A DNA stretch of 63,240 nucleotides, filler included, from Rhabdomonas costata (lineage: Eukaryota): assembly GCA_019059605.1 (NCBI GenBank). It is 54 parts of 54 records of this genome, joined end to end, with 100 filler letters (N's around TTAATTAATTAA, not from the genome) between each part and the next. Parts side by side here need not be neighbours in the genome. Positions count along the whole stretch, not along the records: positions 11,731 to 12,803 come from JAHMHO010030045.1; positions 12,904 to 13,976 come from JAHMHO010030046.1; positions 14,077 to 15,149 come from JAHMHO010030047.1; positions 15,250 to 16,322 come from JAHMHO010030048.1; positions 16,423 to 17,495 come from JAHMHO010030049.1; positions 17,596 to 18,670 come from JAHMHO010030050.1; positions 18,771 to 19,843 come from JAHMHO010030051.1; positions 19,944 to 21,016 come from JAHMHO010030052.1; 46 more parts are not named here. The stretch is one strand, 5' to 3'. Below are positions 12,341 through 24,528 of this stretch, piece by piece; within the stretch, counting starts at the first letter, position 1; each line of letters starts with the position of its first letter. Made by a program: the position numbers and the translations under genes. Under the pieces are notes generated by a model. The model saw only the letters and a program-made list of their open reading frames with translations, did not search any database and was not told where the DNA came from.

Positions 12341-14084
12341 ATGAAACGCCACATGTTTACTGGCCACACCTACATGTTTACCGATCGCTTTGGATAGCAG
12401 GCACCAGGCTGCTCCCAAATGAAATGGGCTTTAGTCCGTCCAGCACACAAATTAGCGGCGTCTACTCAGTGACATGGCGCATGACAGATAATTGGCCGAA
12501 ATACCATCCAACAGGGCCCACATACAAGATTCACATCCACTCCCACGTCGGGAAGAATTCATTTTTCTTGACAAACGCTGGAGCTCAGGCTGGCTTAGGA
12601 CACCGTTCTGCAAGATGGGGGCTTAAATTGATCGCGACGTATGGCTTTTAACATCATGACCGTGATGTGTACCAGCATTTTAATGAAAAAAATCCGCAAT
12701 GGGACCGAATGCTTTGAAGTTGAAACCTACTTCTGTGATAATGAGGCGTTTGAGCCTTCTACACATAGTGCGACGATTCGATCGCTATATAAACCCACAC
12801 ACCNNNNNNNNNNNNNNNNNNNNNNNNNNNNNNNNNNNNNNNNNNNNTTAATTAATTAANNNNNNNNNNNNNNNNNNNNNNNNNNNNNNNNNNNNNNNNN
12901 NNNTGTTGGGGGTAATTCGAGAACAATAGGCAGTGCCCTAAAACAAAGTCCAGCTAAATACACGAGGCCGCAGGTAAGCACGGTTAATGCCACAGAGGTT
13001 TCCAGTCCGGTAGTGCGGTAGGATTTCCAAGACTGCGCCGATGTCATTGGTTGTCGAATGGCGTCAGCAAACCAACCGTTAGTTGCGCACGAGAGGAGAA
13101 AAAGAATGGTACTCCGAGTTGCGCCTCTCTCTATTGATTTTTTCGTGTGGCCATTTCCGCTTACGTCATGTCACGGGGCAAAGCAGGATGTTACGGACCC
13201 CGCCCCGCACGGTCATCCACGGGACAGCTTCGCACGGCCCGCTGCCCATTCCGCATGGTATTTACACAGGAGGCGGGATGGCAGGGAACCAAGAGCGAAG
13301 ACCGCTTTGCTGGTGCGCATGCGGTTTTCACAGGTAATGTGTCGTGCGCCAAGCCGCATAAAGCGGAGGAAGCTCAGTTTTGCCCAGGTCAAGGCGTCGT
13401 TTGCCAAACGGCGGTCGCCACCGTGGCGTCGTTTGCAAAGCCTGGAGTACGCGTGGAAAACAGCAAGGCGTTGTCCTCAAGCTTTTTTCCCTGTGAAACA
13501 TGAAAGTGGTCATAGCCGTAGTTCCTCCTTGTGTTTTCTGTTCTTCAAATCTTGTTTTACTTGGGGAGGAAGAAAAAACCGAACCTTCACCTCACAAGAA
13601 TTACGGATTTGGACGCTACCATTCCCATATTTCTTTGCAAAAAAGCCATCAGCTTATTTGGGTTAGGTCGCTCCATTTCTCACTTAACGGGTGCTTCTCA
13701 AGTCTGATTGCAATCAATGAGTGGACTGGTGAGCCGGCACCCCACGTCTGACAACAGAGCTATAGGACCCCCTGTGCGATCACCCAGGCGGCTCGAGACG
13801 TAGGTAAATTACATCTTTTCTTTCCTTTCCATTATCGCTCTCCTTCTCGTCTGTGTGTGTATTTTCTGTCTTTACATAGCACAAACATACACAAACACGA
13901 GCAAACAGACATAACTGTCCCTATTCCAAAGAATAAGACCACCTCATCCAGCAGGTGCTGTTTCCATTACCACTGANNNNNNNNNNNNNNNNNNNNNNNN
14001 NNNNNNNNNNNNNNNNNNNNTTAATTAATTAANNNNNNNNNNNNNNNNNNNNNNNNNNNNNNNNNNNNNNNNNNNNTTGTGCAG

Positions 14085-14231
14085 AATCTCTACGGAGCCC
14101 TGATCCGCGCCGCCGCGGTGGCCGAGGACAAGGCCCTGGCGAAGAAGTACTTCGACGAGATGCTCTCCAGCGGGCTGTGTGGGAAGGGCGTGGCCTTTGA
14201 CCCCGTGTACACCGCCCTGCAGAGGCTTTGA
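14085..14231 (+). CDS. Pentatricopeptide-repeat (PPR) protein, terminal exon
   Basis: CAG|NLYGALIRAAAVAEDKALAKKYFDEMLSSGL...TGA fits the PPR consensus (YxALIxA...A...FxEMxxxG). Not in the ORF track because it has no start codon. Confidence 0.72.
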   Translation, partial: NLYGALIRAAAVAEDKALAKKYFDEMLSSGLCGKGVAFDPVYTALQRL

Positions 14232-15620
14232 TGGCTTCCCGGTGACTGTGGGTCCATCCCCACACCGAACGTTGGACGTGTGGGTGTGGGTGTGGATTCC
14301 CCAAAGCACTGGCGTGCAGTTGAGCTGGTCAGAGGTGATGGGATACGCGATATCTGCGATACTCTTCCGTGAGCAGGTAGACCGTCTTGGTCAAGCAACA
14401 CGTGGTGACGTGCTTTGTATAAGATGGGGCGTTTATTCCCTTTGTGCTTTTGCCATGGCCGGGGCGTGGACAGGGACTGGGATGTCGAGCGAATGGAGCG
14501 GCATGGGAGGCAGATGTTGTCTGCCCAAAATGAGAAACCTGTGCGAATTCATGGGGGGCTGGGTTTCGGCCAAGAAGTGGGATGGCTGGCTGGCTATTTG
14601 CTGCATTCTGATGAGCCGTTGACCTACCCCTGCGGAATCTTTTCTAGTGCACTTTCGGTACCTTTTTTTGGAGGGTTTTCTATGGTCCTTCGCGGTGGCT
14701 TTGTGGGACTGAAAAAGTAGTCCACCGCTGATCGCTGCGCATCGCAGATCAGGAGTTAAACGTTTTGAACCTTCACTAATTGTGGCAAAATTAATAACCT
14801 GCATACCCATGCATTCGCCTAGGTCTGTAGTTGAAGTCGAGTGTGACCCGAGTCACCCGGAGTCAGTTTTATGCAAACCAGAGGACACCCGATGGTTTCC
14901 ACCCACAACCCAACCTCCTGTTCTGATTGTGTCTGCGCCCCCTGCTTGCTTTGCTTCCTGCGCTCACCCTCACTCCGCCTTCCCTCTCCCTCTCTCCCCG
15001 ACACTCACCTCGTCCCGCCCACCTCCCACTCTCTCCATCTATCCCCAATGCTGACCACCCCGGCCCTCTCCGCGGCCTTCGCGCCTGCCCCTCAGACCAC
15101 TCTGGTGGTTACCCCGACCCCCACCAAGGGCACCACCCCACCAACAACCNNNNNNNNNNNNNNNNNNNNNNNNNNNNNNNNNNNNNNNNNNNNTTAATTA
15201 ATTAANNNNNNNNNNNNNNNNNNNNNNNNNNNNNNNNNNNNNNNNNNNNGCGGGTTTTGGTGGGAGTTCGGCCGGCCGCCTACGATGGGAGGGGAGGGGG
15301 CGTTGCCCGACACTACATGTCTTCCCCCAGCCACGCAATCAGTAGTATGGGTCAGGACAGCACCGTAAAACGAGGGTACAGGTGTCCCGTGTGCTCAGGC
15401 GTTCCCGGAGATTAGGGTCAAATACCCAAACCGCAACCAAAGTTTTAGTTGAGATTAGAGCTGCGGGCATTCTTGTTGTGTTGCGGCGCAAAATTTCACG
15501 CTGTCGGAAACCTTTCTTGAGAGCCGACTGGCGACAAAATACAAGTAAAAAATAAGTACTACTCGAGATTGGCCAATGAGCGTTAGCGGAAGTTATGCTC
15601 AGAAGACGAAGGGAGGGGAC

Positions 15621-15885
15621 CTTGCGGAGGGACTCCTCAGAGCGGCTGTGGCTGTGGCGGGGCATGTATACGTCCTCGCCCGAGGAGGAGGAGGCGGTGC
15701 GGCGGACGCTTCCCACGGCGGTGCTCCTTCTTTGACTGTTCCGGCGGGGCTTCCCCGATGCGGAGTGCGGGGAGGGGGGCACCGATGGGGCGTCTGGATC
15801 GGCGGGATCCACATCCTCGGTCTCCTCCTTCGCGAACAGCGAGTCGGGCATAAACCTGGCATAACCGATCCGCAACCACATATAC
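15621..15885 (-). CDS. Hypothetical protein exon (Ser/Pro-rich)
   Basis: TAG|...|GT bounded GC3-rich frame YMWLRIGYARFMPDSLFAKEE...SEESLRK. Confidence 0.55.
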
Positions 15886-16500
15886 CTACACACAGGCAAC
15901 AACGCAAGCACCCACTCTTCGCACAAAGCCAATATGGACGCAGCAAACCCAGATTCTAAAATGCGGAAGTGAGGATACGGAGTGACGTTAACGTGGACAG
16001 GGTCCTACCGCGCCTAAATACAACTATTGCCCGCGTCGCCTCAACAAGAATTCCCTCGTCGTACACCACAGTTTACGATTTAGGGAGCAATAAAGTGGCA
16101 GTAAAACTAACCGCTGGCAAACAGCTCGAGAGGTACTCGCCCATTTCAGTTTTGTAAGTAATATGCTTTGTCTGAGTTTCTCACTTTTGAAATCTCCCCG
16201 AGAATGCATAGATGCAACGGTACGTGAAAACGCCTGTCTCCATTCGTGGCTGTATGTTTTGCCTGCAAGGCCGACGTCTTCTCCATCAGTGAAGCGTGTC
16301 GCAGGCTGTACCCCAACCAAAANNNNNNNNNNNNNNNNNNNNNNNNNNNNNNNNNNNNNNNNNNNNTTAATTAATTAANNNNNNNNNNNNNNNNNNNNNN
16401 NNNNNNNNNNNNNNNNNNNNNNAGAAACTCTCCGCAGTTTTGTCGTTTCACTTAACTGGTGGGAGGGGGGGGGGTGCTGCATGCTTTTCATCTGCCCCAG

Positions 16501-17482
16501 AGCGATTGTTGCAGCTGCTGGGTATGACATCGGAGTCCTGCAGGGTGGAGCGCCTGCTCGCCCAATTCGATCCGAAGACGCTTCAGAGGGTAACCGTCAG
16601 CTTTGTTCAGCACAGCGCGGTTTCGGTTTCGGTCCATCATCTGTGCACTGTCGAATGTAATAAGGCAAAGGGAAACACTGGCATGCGGCGCGCAGGGTCT
16701 CATGTGCTGGGAGCAGGATTCTCGTGCAGAGTATTATCGCATTTATGAATTTGTGGTCAAGTTTTATCCCTCGGAAAACTTGTTTTGAATCAGCCACTGA
16801 CTTTTTGGCTGTTTGGTTGAGCCACCAACCTTGTTGAGACGATGGAGTCAAACGGAACCGCCGACTTCGTCCCACTGCACGAAGCTGTGGTAAGCGCCAT
16901 ACCGTGGGTGCAGGTGGTAGGATTTCGGCTTGCACTTAGATGGATAAGTTCAACGCGAAGTACAACCCCACCTTGAAGTCCGAGCTGCACACTATTCTGC
17001 TGCGGTTTGAAAATTACATGTCTGGGAGGTTTGCCCCATCCCTCACTACTCCTCTGCTATGTGAACGTGCGTCAGCCCATACTTAACGATTTTTGGCGAT
17101 TTGTAAGCAGCTGCGGTATTTCTGATTTGGGAGCGCCGTCAGGTGGGGAACGTCGATGGGAAGCATGTGATGATGATGGTGCTAAAAAAAAGCGTGTGAT
17201 ATGTCTGTCTTTTTCACCCGTTTCTTTCCTGTCCGGTGGCGGGGGTCGTGCGCCCACCACCTCCCGATTGCGTGCCCCAGGTACTTCGCTGAGCTGATCA
17301 AAAACACCTTCAAGGAGCTGGAGCACAACACCACCACCTTTGCGGAACACCGGCTGTGCATCTATGGTCACCGCAGGGACTGCTGGTCCACCCTGGCGGC
17401 CTGGCAGAACACCCACGGTGTAGCCAGCACGCACAACCGCTGGGTGATCCGCTTCCCCAGACTGTACACCGTTTTCTACGAG
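16501..17482 (+). CDS. AMPD: AMP deaminase (divergent), exon 17281-17482 and probable exon 16501-16589
   Basis: YFAELIKNTFKELE...AEHRLCIYG...WSTLAAW...NRWVIRFPRLY matches the AMPD consensus (YFAELIK...AEYRLSIYG...VRWLIQVPRLY). The upstream exon resembles the segment ending ...TFHR. Confidence 0.88.
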
Positions 17483-18047
17483 GTGAAACCCCCACNNNNN
17501 NNNNNNNNNNNNNNNNNNNNNNNNNNNNNNNNNNNNNNNTTAATTAATTAANNNNNNNNNNNNNNNNNNNNNNNNNNNNNNNNNNNNNNNNNNNNGTTTT
17601 TTGTGATCGTTGAGCGCATGCGACCGAACGTTGGCCTCATCCTGGCTTTCTAGAGTGCTGCTGTTGCTTTGGACTCACTTGTATCGGCTCAGTGCCGTTC
17701 CTTCTTCCAGATGTCCATCTGTATTCTTAAGGACAAGGGAGAGCGGGTATGGGTGCCAATTAGTTCGGCCGAGTTCTGGTATTCTGAAGCAATGAGTGAG
17801 GTGGTGGTGGGAACTTGGCGGCGAGGGTGGTGGTGGTGTGGTGGTTCATGTTTCATATCGAGGAGTCAGACTTTCGGCTAATCGCACGTTTAATGAGTGA
17901 GCGTACTCACGGTGCTGACTTTGGACTATGCAACGGTTTCACTCCGGCGAAGCCTTGAAATGGTCATTCCCTTTGCAGTAGCCACGCAGCCACCTATATT
18001 GTGGTGCGGGCACGTTCGGACACGAAACCGAAGCACTTGCCTTGCAT

Positions 18048-18114
18048 ACACACACACACACTCACTCACTCACTCACTCACTCACTCACTCACTCACTCA
18101 CTCACTCACTCACT
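18048..18114. repeat. (CA)n followed by (CACT)14 microsatellite
   Basis: Directly visible tandem repeat. Confidence 0.97.
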
Positions 18115-18454
18115 CCAGTAGGGGGATGCCGGGGCGATGGATCAGTGGAGAGTGAGTGAGCTCATCGGAGACAGTACCATCAGCAGTCCAGCCCAAGGCA
18201 ACCGACCATGTCAACCATCACATTCCCACACGCCGCCCCCGGTGGGTGGGTCTGGGACAGTGGAGCAACCGTCACTTTATAGGGTCTTCTCGTGACAAAA
18301 ACATCCATCAGGATTTTGGTGGTCATTTGTAGGCTCTTCCGTATCGGTGGTTCCAGCACGTTCTGTTGCTGCTATGCTCTTTCTTTTTTCGGGTTTCAGG
18401 AACGCCACCTTTCGTTTCGTCCCCTCTTTTAACACCGCGAGCCAAACCCTAAAA

Positions 18455-18577
18455 ATGGAAAAGGCCACCAAGTACCGCAAGGTTGCCTACCACGAGGCGG
18501 AGAAGGGGACGTTCAAGAAGTGCCTCCTGCTGTACTCCGGCGGTCTTGACACTTCCGTGATGCTGAAGTGGATTCAG
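18455..18577 (+). CDS. argG: Argininosuccinate synthase, first exon
   Basis: MEKATKYRKVAYHEAEKGTFKKCLLLYSGGLDTSVMLKWIQ|GT contains the YSGGLDTS signature. An upstream pyrimidine tract + CAG (18377-18399) could be a trans-splice or UTR-intron acceptor. Confidence 0.93.
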
Positions 18578-18816
18578 GTGCCCTGCACAAGCCCAACGGA
18601 GTTGTCTCCTGATTGTTTCACAACAAAGTCTTCTAATGTCCAGGCAGGGCTGCAGCTTACCCAACCAACCNNNNNNNNNNNNNNNNNNNNNNNNNNNNNN
18701 NNNNNNNNNNNNNNTTAATTAATTAANNNNNNNNNNNNNNNNNNNNNNNNNNNNNNNNNNNNNNNNNNNNGTGGTGGGTGTGTTTGGTGGGGTGTGTGGG
18801 GGGTTCCTGTGTACAG

Positions 18817-19022
18817 AAAGGCACCGGGGTGCCCCAGGACGCCACAATTGCTTTTGAGCTGAAGCGTGAGGCCGCGGAGCGGGGGCACGCACAGGCGATG
18901 TACGACGTGGGTGTGGCGCTCACTGTGGGCCGCGGAGTGGCCGTCGACAAGGCCCGCGCCGCGGAGTGGTTCCGGCGCGCCTCGGAGGAGGGCAACGACG
19001 ACAGGGCACAGATGATGTTGGG
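18817..19022 (+). CDS. Sel1-like repeat protein exon
   Basis: GTGVPQD...AAERGHAQAMYDVG...GRGVAVDKARAAEWFRRASEEG...AQMMLG: consecutive SEL1 repeats. Confidence 0.9.
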
Positions 19023-19949
19023 GTGTGCATGCGTGTGGGATGTGGGCGGGTGGATGGGCCTGCACATATGCGGATCTTTACGTCTCCCTTCTTTGTTTTT
19101 TAGTAGAACCGCTTTCCTGTGATCTGAGAAAACCAGCCTGTAGTCAATACTAATACTGCCGGATGCCAAATTGAGTTTTTGCAGGTCGATTGCAATTGCT
19201 GCTGAGCAAAACGAGGTCGATGATGTCAGTTCTTGGTCGAGGGAAAACCAACCAGGAAAAGCTGGTGAACAGACCATCATTCTTTGCACCAAGGAGCCCA
19301 CTTCTTGCCGATCCTGCGCCACTGCACCGGTTAAGCATGGGTTTTAAGGATGGGAAAAGCCGGCAATGCCTGCATATACCTTTGCTGCCCGTTCATCTGC
19401 GACCGAAGGAAAATGCTTACAAAACTGATCTTCAAGATCTGGCCGCAGCCCCCATCACGGACCCTCGGAGACCCGAGCTGCTGCTGCAGTTGCTTGTGGA
19501 AAAGAATAGCTGACAAAGGCCCGAGAAGGGAGGTACTCTATGTGGAACGCTCGGTGGTGAGCCGGTACCCCTAGGCTTCGTTCGCTACAACAGCGCGTGC
19601 GCCTCTCAGTCCACAGTTTTCACCAACAGTCAATCAGCCAACAGCCGTGTCCCCAACACACACAGTCACACACGCACATGCACGTTTATTATTGAAGCGC
19701 ATCGGGCATACCTCCGGTCGCGCATTTTTGCCGTAGCCACCCCGTGTCATGTGTGGGTTCATTAGGACATTCTACTATAGCGGCGAGGGGGTTCCGAGGG
19801 ATCCAGCTGGCGGACTTCGCAGGATCCCTCGGAACCCCCCAACNNNNNNNNNNNNNNNNNNNNNNNNNNNNNNNNNNNNNNNNNNNNTTAATTAATTAAN
19901 NNNNNNNNNNNNNNNNNNNNNNNNNNNNNNNNNNNNNNNNNNNTTGTGT

Positions 19950-20060
19950 TGGTTTAATGATGGTTTTATTCAGTATAAAATCGTGAAATTCTTTTGCAAA
20001 AAAAAAGTGAAAAATCCAGAATTTCACGATTTTATACTGAATAATACCATCATTAAACCA
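19950..20060. repeat. 43-bp-arm inverted repeat at contig start
   Basis: 19950-19992 is the reverse complement of 20018-20060 with one mismatch. Confidence 0.9.
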
Positions 20061-22479
20061 TCACGTCATCATAATCACCACCCATGTTTCCATCTGCTCC
20101 ACTATTGCACGTATGTAGCGTAGAAATCACGCATTTGGTATCTTCTACACCATAAACTAAGCACCAAAGTGACAGCGAGAGGGGATGGGGATCAAGACAT
20201 TACGAGCGTAGCGAGACACAACCGCCGGAGGCATCTTCTTGGGGCCCCACGAGCGTATAGCGAGTGAAGATGGTAGGAGCGAAGACAGCATGCCTGAGCG
20301 ACGTCAAAAAGATGAAGGTGGAGCGAGGAGCGAGGAGCGACACATTACGAGCGTAGCGAGAGTGTCACGTTAAGGTTGTCGTTCTCTTCTCTCCCCCTCG
20401 ATCTCAGCATAGACGTAGCAATGGACATCGTAGCATCGCGTGGATGACCATCTAGAGGGCATCGCAGATAGGTACTCGGGGTTCAACATCTACGAGGAGT
20501 GAAACGAGCGCAGCGCGCAGCGAGTGACACGACCACCTGAGTGAGGGGGTCCCATTCCAACATACGCATCATCACCATCATCTTCACCACCATCATCACG
20601 TCATCACCCTTCATCATGTGGCCCTCTCATCACAGGGTAGCGGGTAAATTAGTGTAGCGGTCATGTCAGCAGGTGGGCAGCGGGCCACTATCACCAACAT
20701 CAGTCTTGCTTCCAACCACCGGAGGTAGGATTGCTGAGTTGGGTGTGGAATCAGGGTACCCAGTGGCTGTCTGGGCCCCTCGAACACAGGGGTAGCATCA
20801 TCCTCACGCTGAGGTGGGTTGATGTCATGTGGTCCTTCGGTCGGTCTCTGCGACCTACGTTTTGACACACATCCTACCACTGAGTTCGCCACTGTACCAT
20901 CAGGAGGCACATGGGCAGGACGGTAGCGGTAGAGTTAGGGTCACTTCACCCACATCCACCACCCTCTTGCCAACATCAACCCTCACACCAACCCTCCCTC
21001 TCCACCCCACCCAACCNNNNNNNNNNNNNNNNNNNNNNNNNNNNNNNNNNNNNNNNNNNNTTAATTAATTAANNNNNNNNNNNNNNNNNNNNNNNNNNNN
21101 NNNNNNNNNNNNNNNNGGGGGGGTTGGAGATGCTTCTGTGATACGTTCACTTAACGCACATAACAGGGCCCGGTTCACTTCGATGCAAAACATATAAATG
21201 CTCCATTCTTTCAGTCATGTGGATCAGGGCACCTAAGGAAGCGAATACCAGGTTGCAAATGCGTTCATTGTTATGGCGTTCCCCGTTGCGGTGAGCTCGT
21301 TGGGCTGCACGTTCCCTTCAGAAAACCTCCGCTTGGTCCTTTAATAGGTGCACAACAAACCAGCCCTTGACAAGGTTCCAAACGGCCGTGATAGCTGTGT
21401 ACGTGCTTCGAAATGCTTTTTGCTGTGCACGCGCTTAGCGCTTCGAACATGCACCTGTGCATATGTTTCCTATCGGAAACTGGGTGCGCACGTGCGAAGG
21501 AGAAATATGAAGTGATCTGCACGCGTTATTGACAAGGTGAAGCATGGCCGCTAAACAACAGTTGGTTCTGCCTCCCCATAGCTATACGGGCCTCCACAGG
21601 ACCTAAGCCCCCGCGCCAAGATCCTGATGCACAACAGCCGGCCAGCTCGTGCCTTTCTCCGGGCGGCCTCATCCCAGAGAACCGGAGTGAGTCTACCCCG
21701 AACAGCGCCCCGTGGTGGCTGAGTGTGCTGGTCTCACGAGCGCTGCGGTGGGAGGCGGAGAAAGGACACGGGCCCTTACAGCGAGGTTGGAGGTGCAGCA
21801 GAGGGGGGGGGAGCGGGAGGCTGTGCTGGAGATGCTTCGTGCTATCGGGTGCTCTGCCGAAGCACTTCAGCAAGACCCACTGGGAAGGGCAGTGTGAAAG
21901 TGTGTTGGCTGAGTCTGTTCAGTGGCGTGCTTACCTGTGCACTTTGTCGTGCATGGCAACTCAATCGATCGATGCTTGTTCTGTTCCCGGGACAGTTGCT
22001 CAATTTCTGTCCCTGCCCGTGGGAGCCTAAGTTATGACCCGTAGTTGGGCATTCTTTCTTCCTGCCTTTCTTGCTCTTCTTGCTGGAACCATTTAGGTAA
22101 GTTACTGAGGCATCTCTCTCTTTGCCAGCATTCTGCGGGTGGTTGGTCCCCGTGTGCATCTGTGGCTCCAAAAGACCCCCCNNNNNNNNNNNNNNNNNNN
22201 NNNNNNNNNNNNNNNNNNNNNNNNNTTAATTAATTAANNNNNNNNNNNNNNNNNNNNNNNNNNNNNNNNNNNNNNNNNNNNTGTGTTTTTGTTCCACTTT
22301 TGCTTTTCAGACGAAGCCAAACAATGCAAAGGCAAGCAAACATCTCAAACTATTAAGAGGTGCTGCTGTGATGATGCATCTGCTGTGATGATTTGTTGAA
22401 TGCAGCTGTGACGCTGAGGAGAGGCCGAAATGGAGACATTTCGTTTTGTGGTATATGCTCTGACATGTTTCTGTGTTAG

Positions 22480-23119
22480 GAGCTGGAGAAGGCGAGGGAC
22501 CTTCTTCGGTCCCAAGTGGAAGCTTTTCGAGCGGAGGAAGTTGCCAGGCGTCAGGAGCTTTTGCGGGTACGTGTGGATGTGTGTTTGTGTGCGCGCGCGT
22601 TTGCATCGCACTCTCGGTGCTCTGCAGGGCTCGCTTTTATTGATGCCGCCACGGAAAATGTCTTTGGGGGAGGTGACGTTTGGGGGAGGTGTTGGGTTGA
22701 GCATCCAGACGGACATTATCCACGGTGTGCGGTCAACAGTATTCGTTTCTTCACATCTTCAGAGGGGCCTCTGAAGATGTGAAGATGTGAGGGGTCGGGA
22801 AAGCCTTTTTGCGTGACAAGTTATGGTCGCAGTGGCTTCTGTCAATTATTCATTGCCACAAACCCCTACTAATTCACCTGACCTGTGTCGGGAAGCTCTT
22901 GCTGTGGGGTTCATATTCTGAGCTTGCTGTTGCCCCTGCGATACGACCGAGACAAGCGGGTGCTTCATTCCCACATCCCTGTACACGCTAGGCGGAAAGG
23001 GAGCTGCGGACGAGGGTGCACGAGTTTGAGCTCCGCGAAGCGTCTGCCCGGATGACTCTGTCCTCCGCTCGAAAGCAGCTGGAGCGCGACCAGCTGACTT
23101 TGCTGCACTTCCTGGAAAG
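22480..23119 (+). CDS. Coiled-coil protein, two exons (22480-22566, 22992-23119)
   Basis: ELEKARDLLRSQVEAFRAEEVARRQELLR|AERELRTRVHEFELREA..., phase-0 GT-AG intron. Confidence 0.65.
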
Positions 23120-24139
23120 GTGCTTCCACCCACTCGCCCGATTGCCCTACTTTTTCCAAAGCATAGGGCTCAATTGGGAAAGGGTTCCACCCGTGCATCT
23201 TGCTGCAGTGCAAGTGCTTGTTTTTCGTGCTTATTTTGTTGTATAGCAAATTGTTCTCGACTGTTTTGTCGGCACCAGACATTCTTGTCTAACAAATGAA
23301 GCACGAAAAACAAGCACTTGCACTGCAGCAAGATGCACGGGTGGAACCCAAACCNNNNNNNNNNNNNNNNNNNNNNNNNNNNNNNNNNNNNNNNNNNNTT
23401 AATTAATTAANNNNNNNNNNNNNNNNNNNNNNNNNNNNNNNNNNNNNNNNNNNNTGTGGGTGTGGGTGTGGATGTGGGTGGGTGGGAGAGAGGGAGGATA
23501 TGCCAAGACAGCGGGATGCCCTTTCACCTGAGACGCGAGCAGCCCATGATTCCTATAGCACTGGCGTCACTTGGGGAATGCCGGCTCACCAGACGGCTCG
23601 GTTTCGCCGTGCCGTATTGAGGTGTTGGGGGAATGGGAGTATTTAGGTGGTATTGATGGGCGATGAGAAGGACTTCGTGACGGGCGGAAGGATAAGGAAA
23701 TGGCGTGCGCACCGGCTTTGAGGCTATTGCCTCCCTCCCCCCCTCTGCCCTCTGCGCACAAAGCTTTGTGGCTGCTGCTGCAAGGTATCTACCACGGAAA
23801 CTGTCTCCCGTGGCTCACTGCGCCCTTTGTTTGAACTGAAACCTCCACACTGTGCGCTGCCTGTCTTGCCAACCCAAAATTGCATAAAATTGCAAAAAAA
23901 AAAAGTATATCTCACCTTGCCTTTTCCTCAATGGTTTTTTTTCGAGAAAAAACGGGGGGGGGCCTGCCCCTACACACATATTTCGCAATACCCTGACACC
24001 CTGAAGTGTTTGTATTCGTTCATCGTTCGTTTGTGTGTGTTTCCTAGGGGCGTTCCTGGGAATCCTCCGTCATGGGGTGCTGTGTGTATGTGTGTATGCC
24101 ATCTGAAGCTCACCCCCCATGGGCCGGGGGGATGTGCAG

Positions 24140-24528
24140 GTGGGTCCGAGATGTCTTGGTGCGCTCCCAGGCGCGGATCGACCAGCACTCCGGGTCCATC
24201 CTCATGGAGACTCGCAGCATTACCCACGACGCCAAGCCTCCGCAGTCCGGAATGGTGCGGTGCCTCAATGACAGCACCTTCACCCTCAGCCCGCTCTCCG
24301 CCGAGCAGCGTCCGCTGCGCCGAGATTCTGCAGGGGCGGAGGGGGCCTGCGCGTGCTCCCTGGAGGAGCTGTACCAGGCCCACGCTGAGTACCTCAGGGT
24401 CACTGTGGAGGCAGTGGTGGACCCCGCGGGTTGGCTGCCCTCGTGGGCGGTCAACCAGGCCCAGGCTACATGGCCCTCTCGCTCATGGGAGGGGCCCTCT
24501 GCCTCTCAGTGGGAGCCGCACAAACCAC
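24140..24528 (+). CDS. START/SRPBCC lipid-binding domain protein exon (3' end uncertain)
   Basis: RDVLV...SITHDAKPPQSGMVR...VTVEAVVDPAGWLPSWAVN is typical of the START C-terminal half. Confidence 0.82.
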
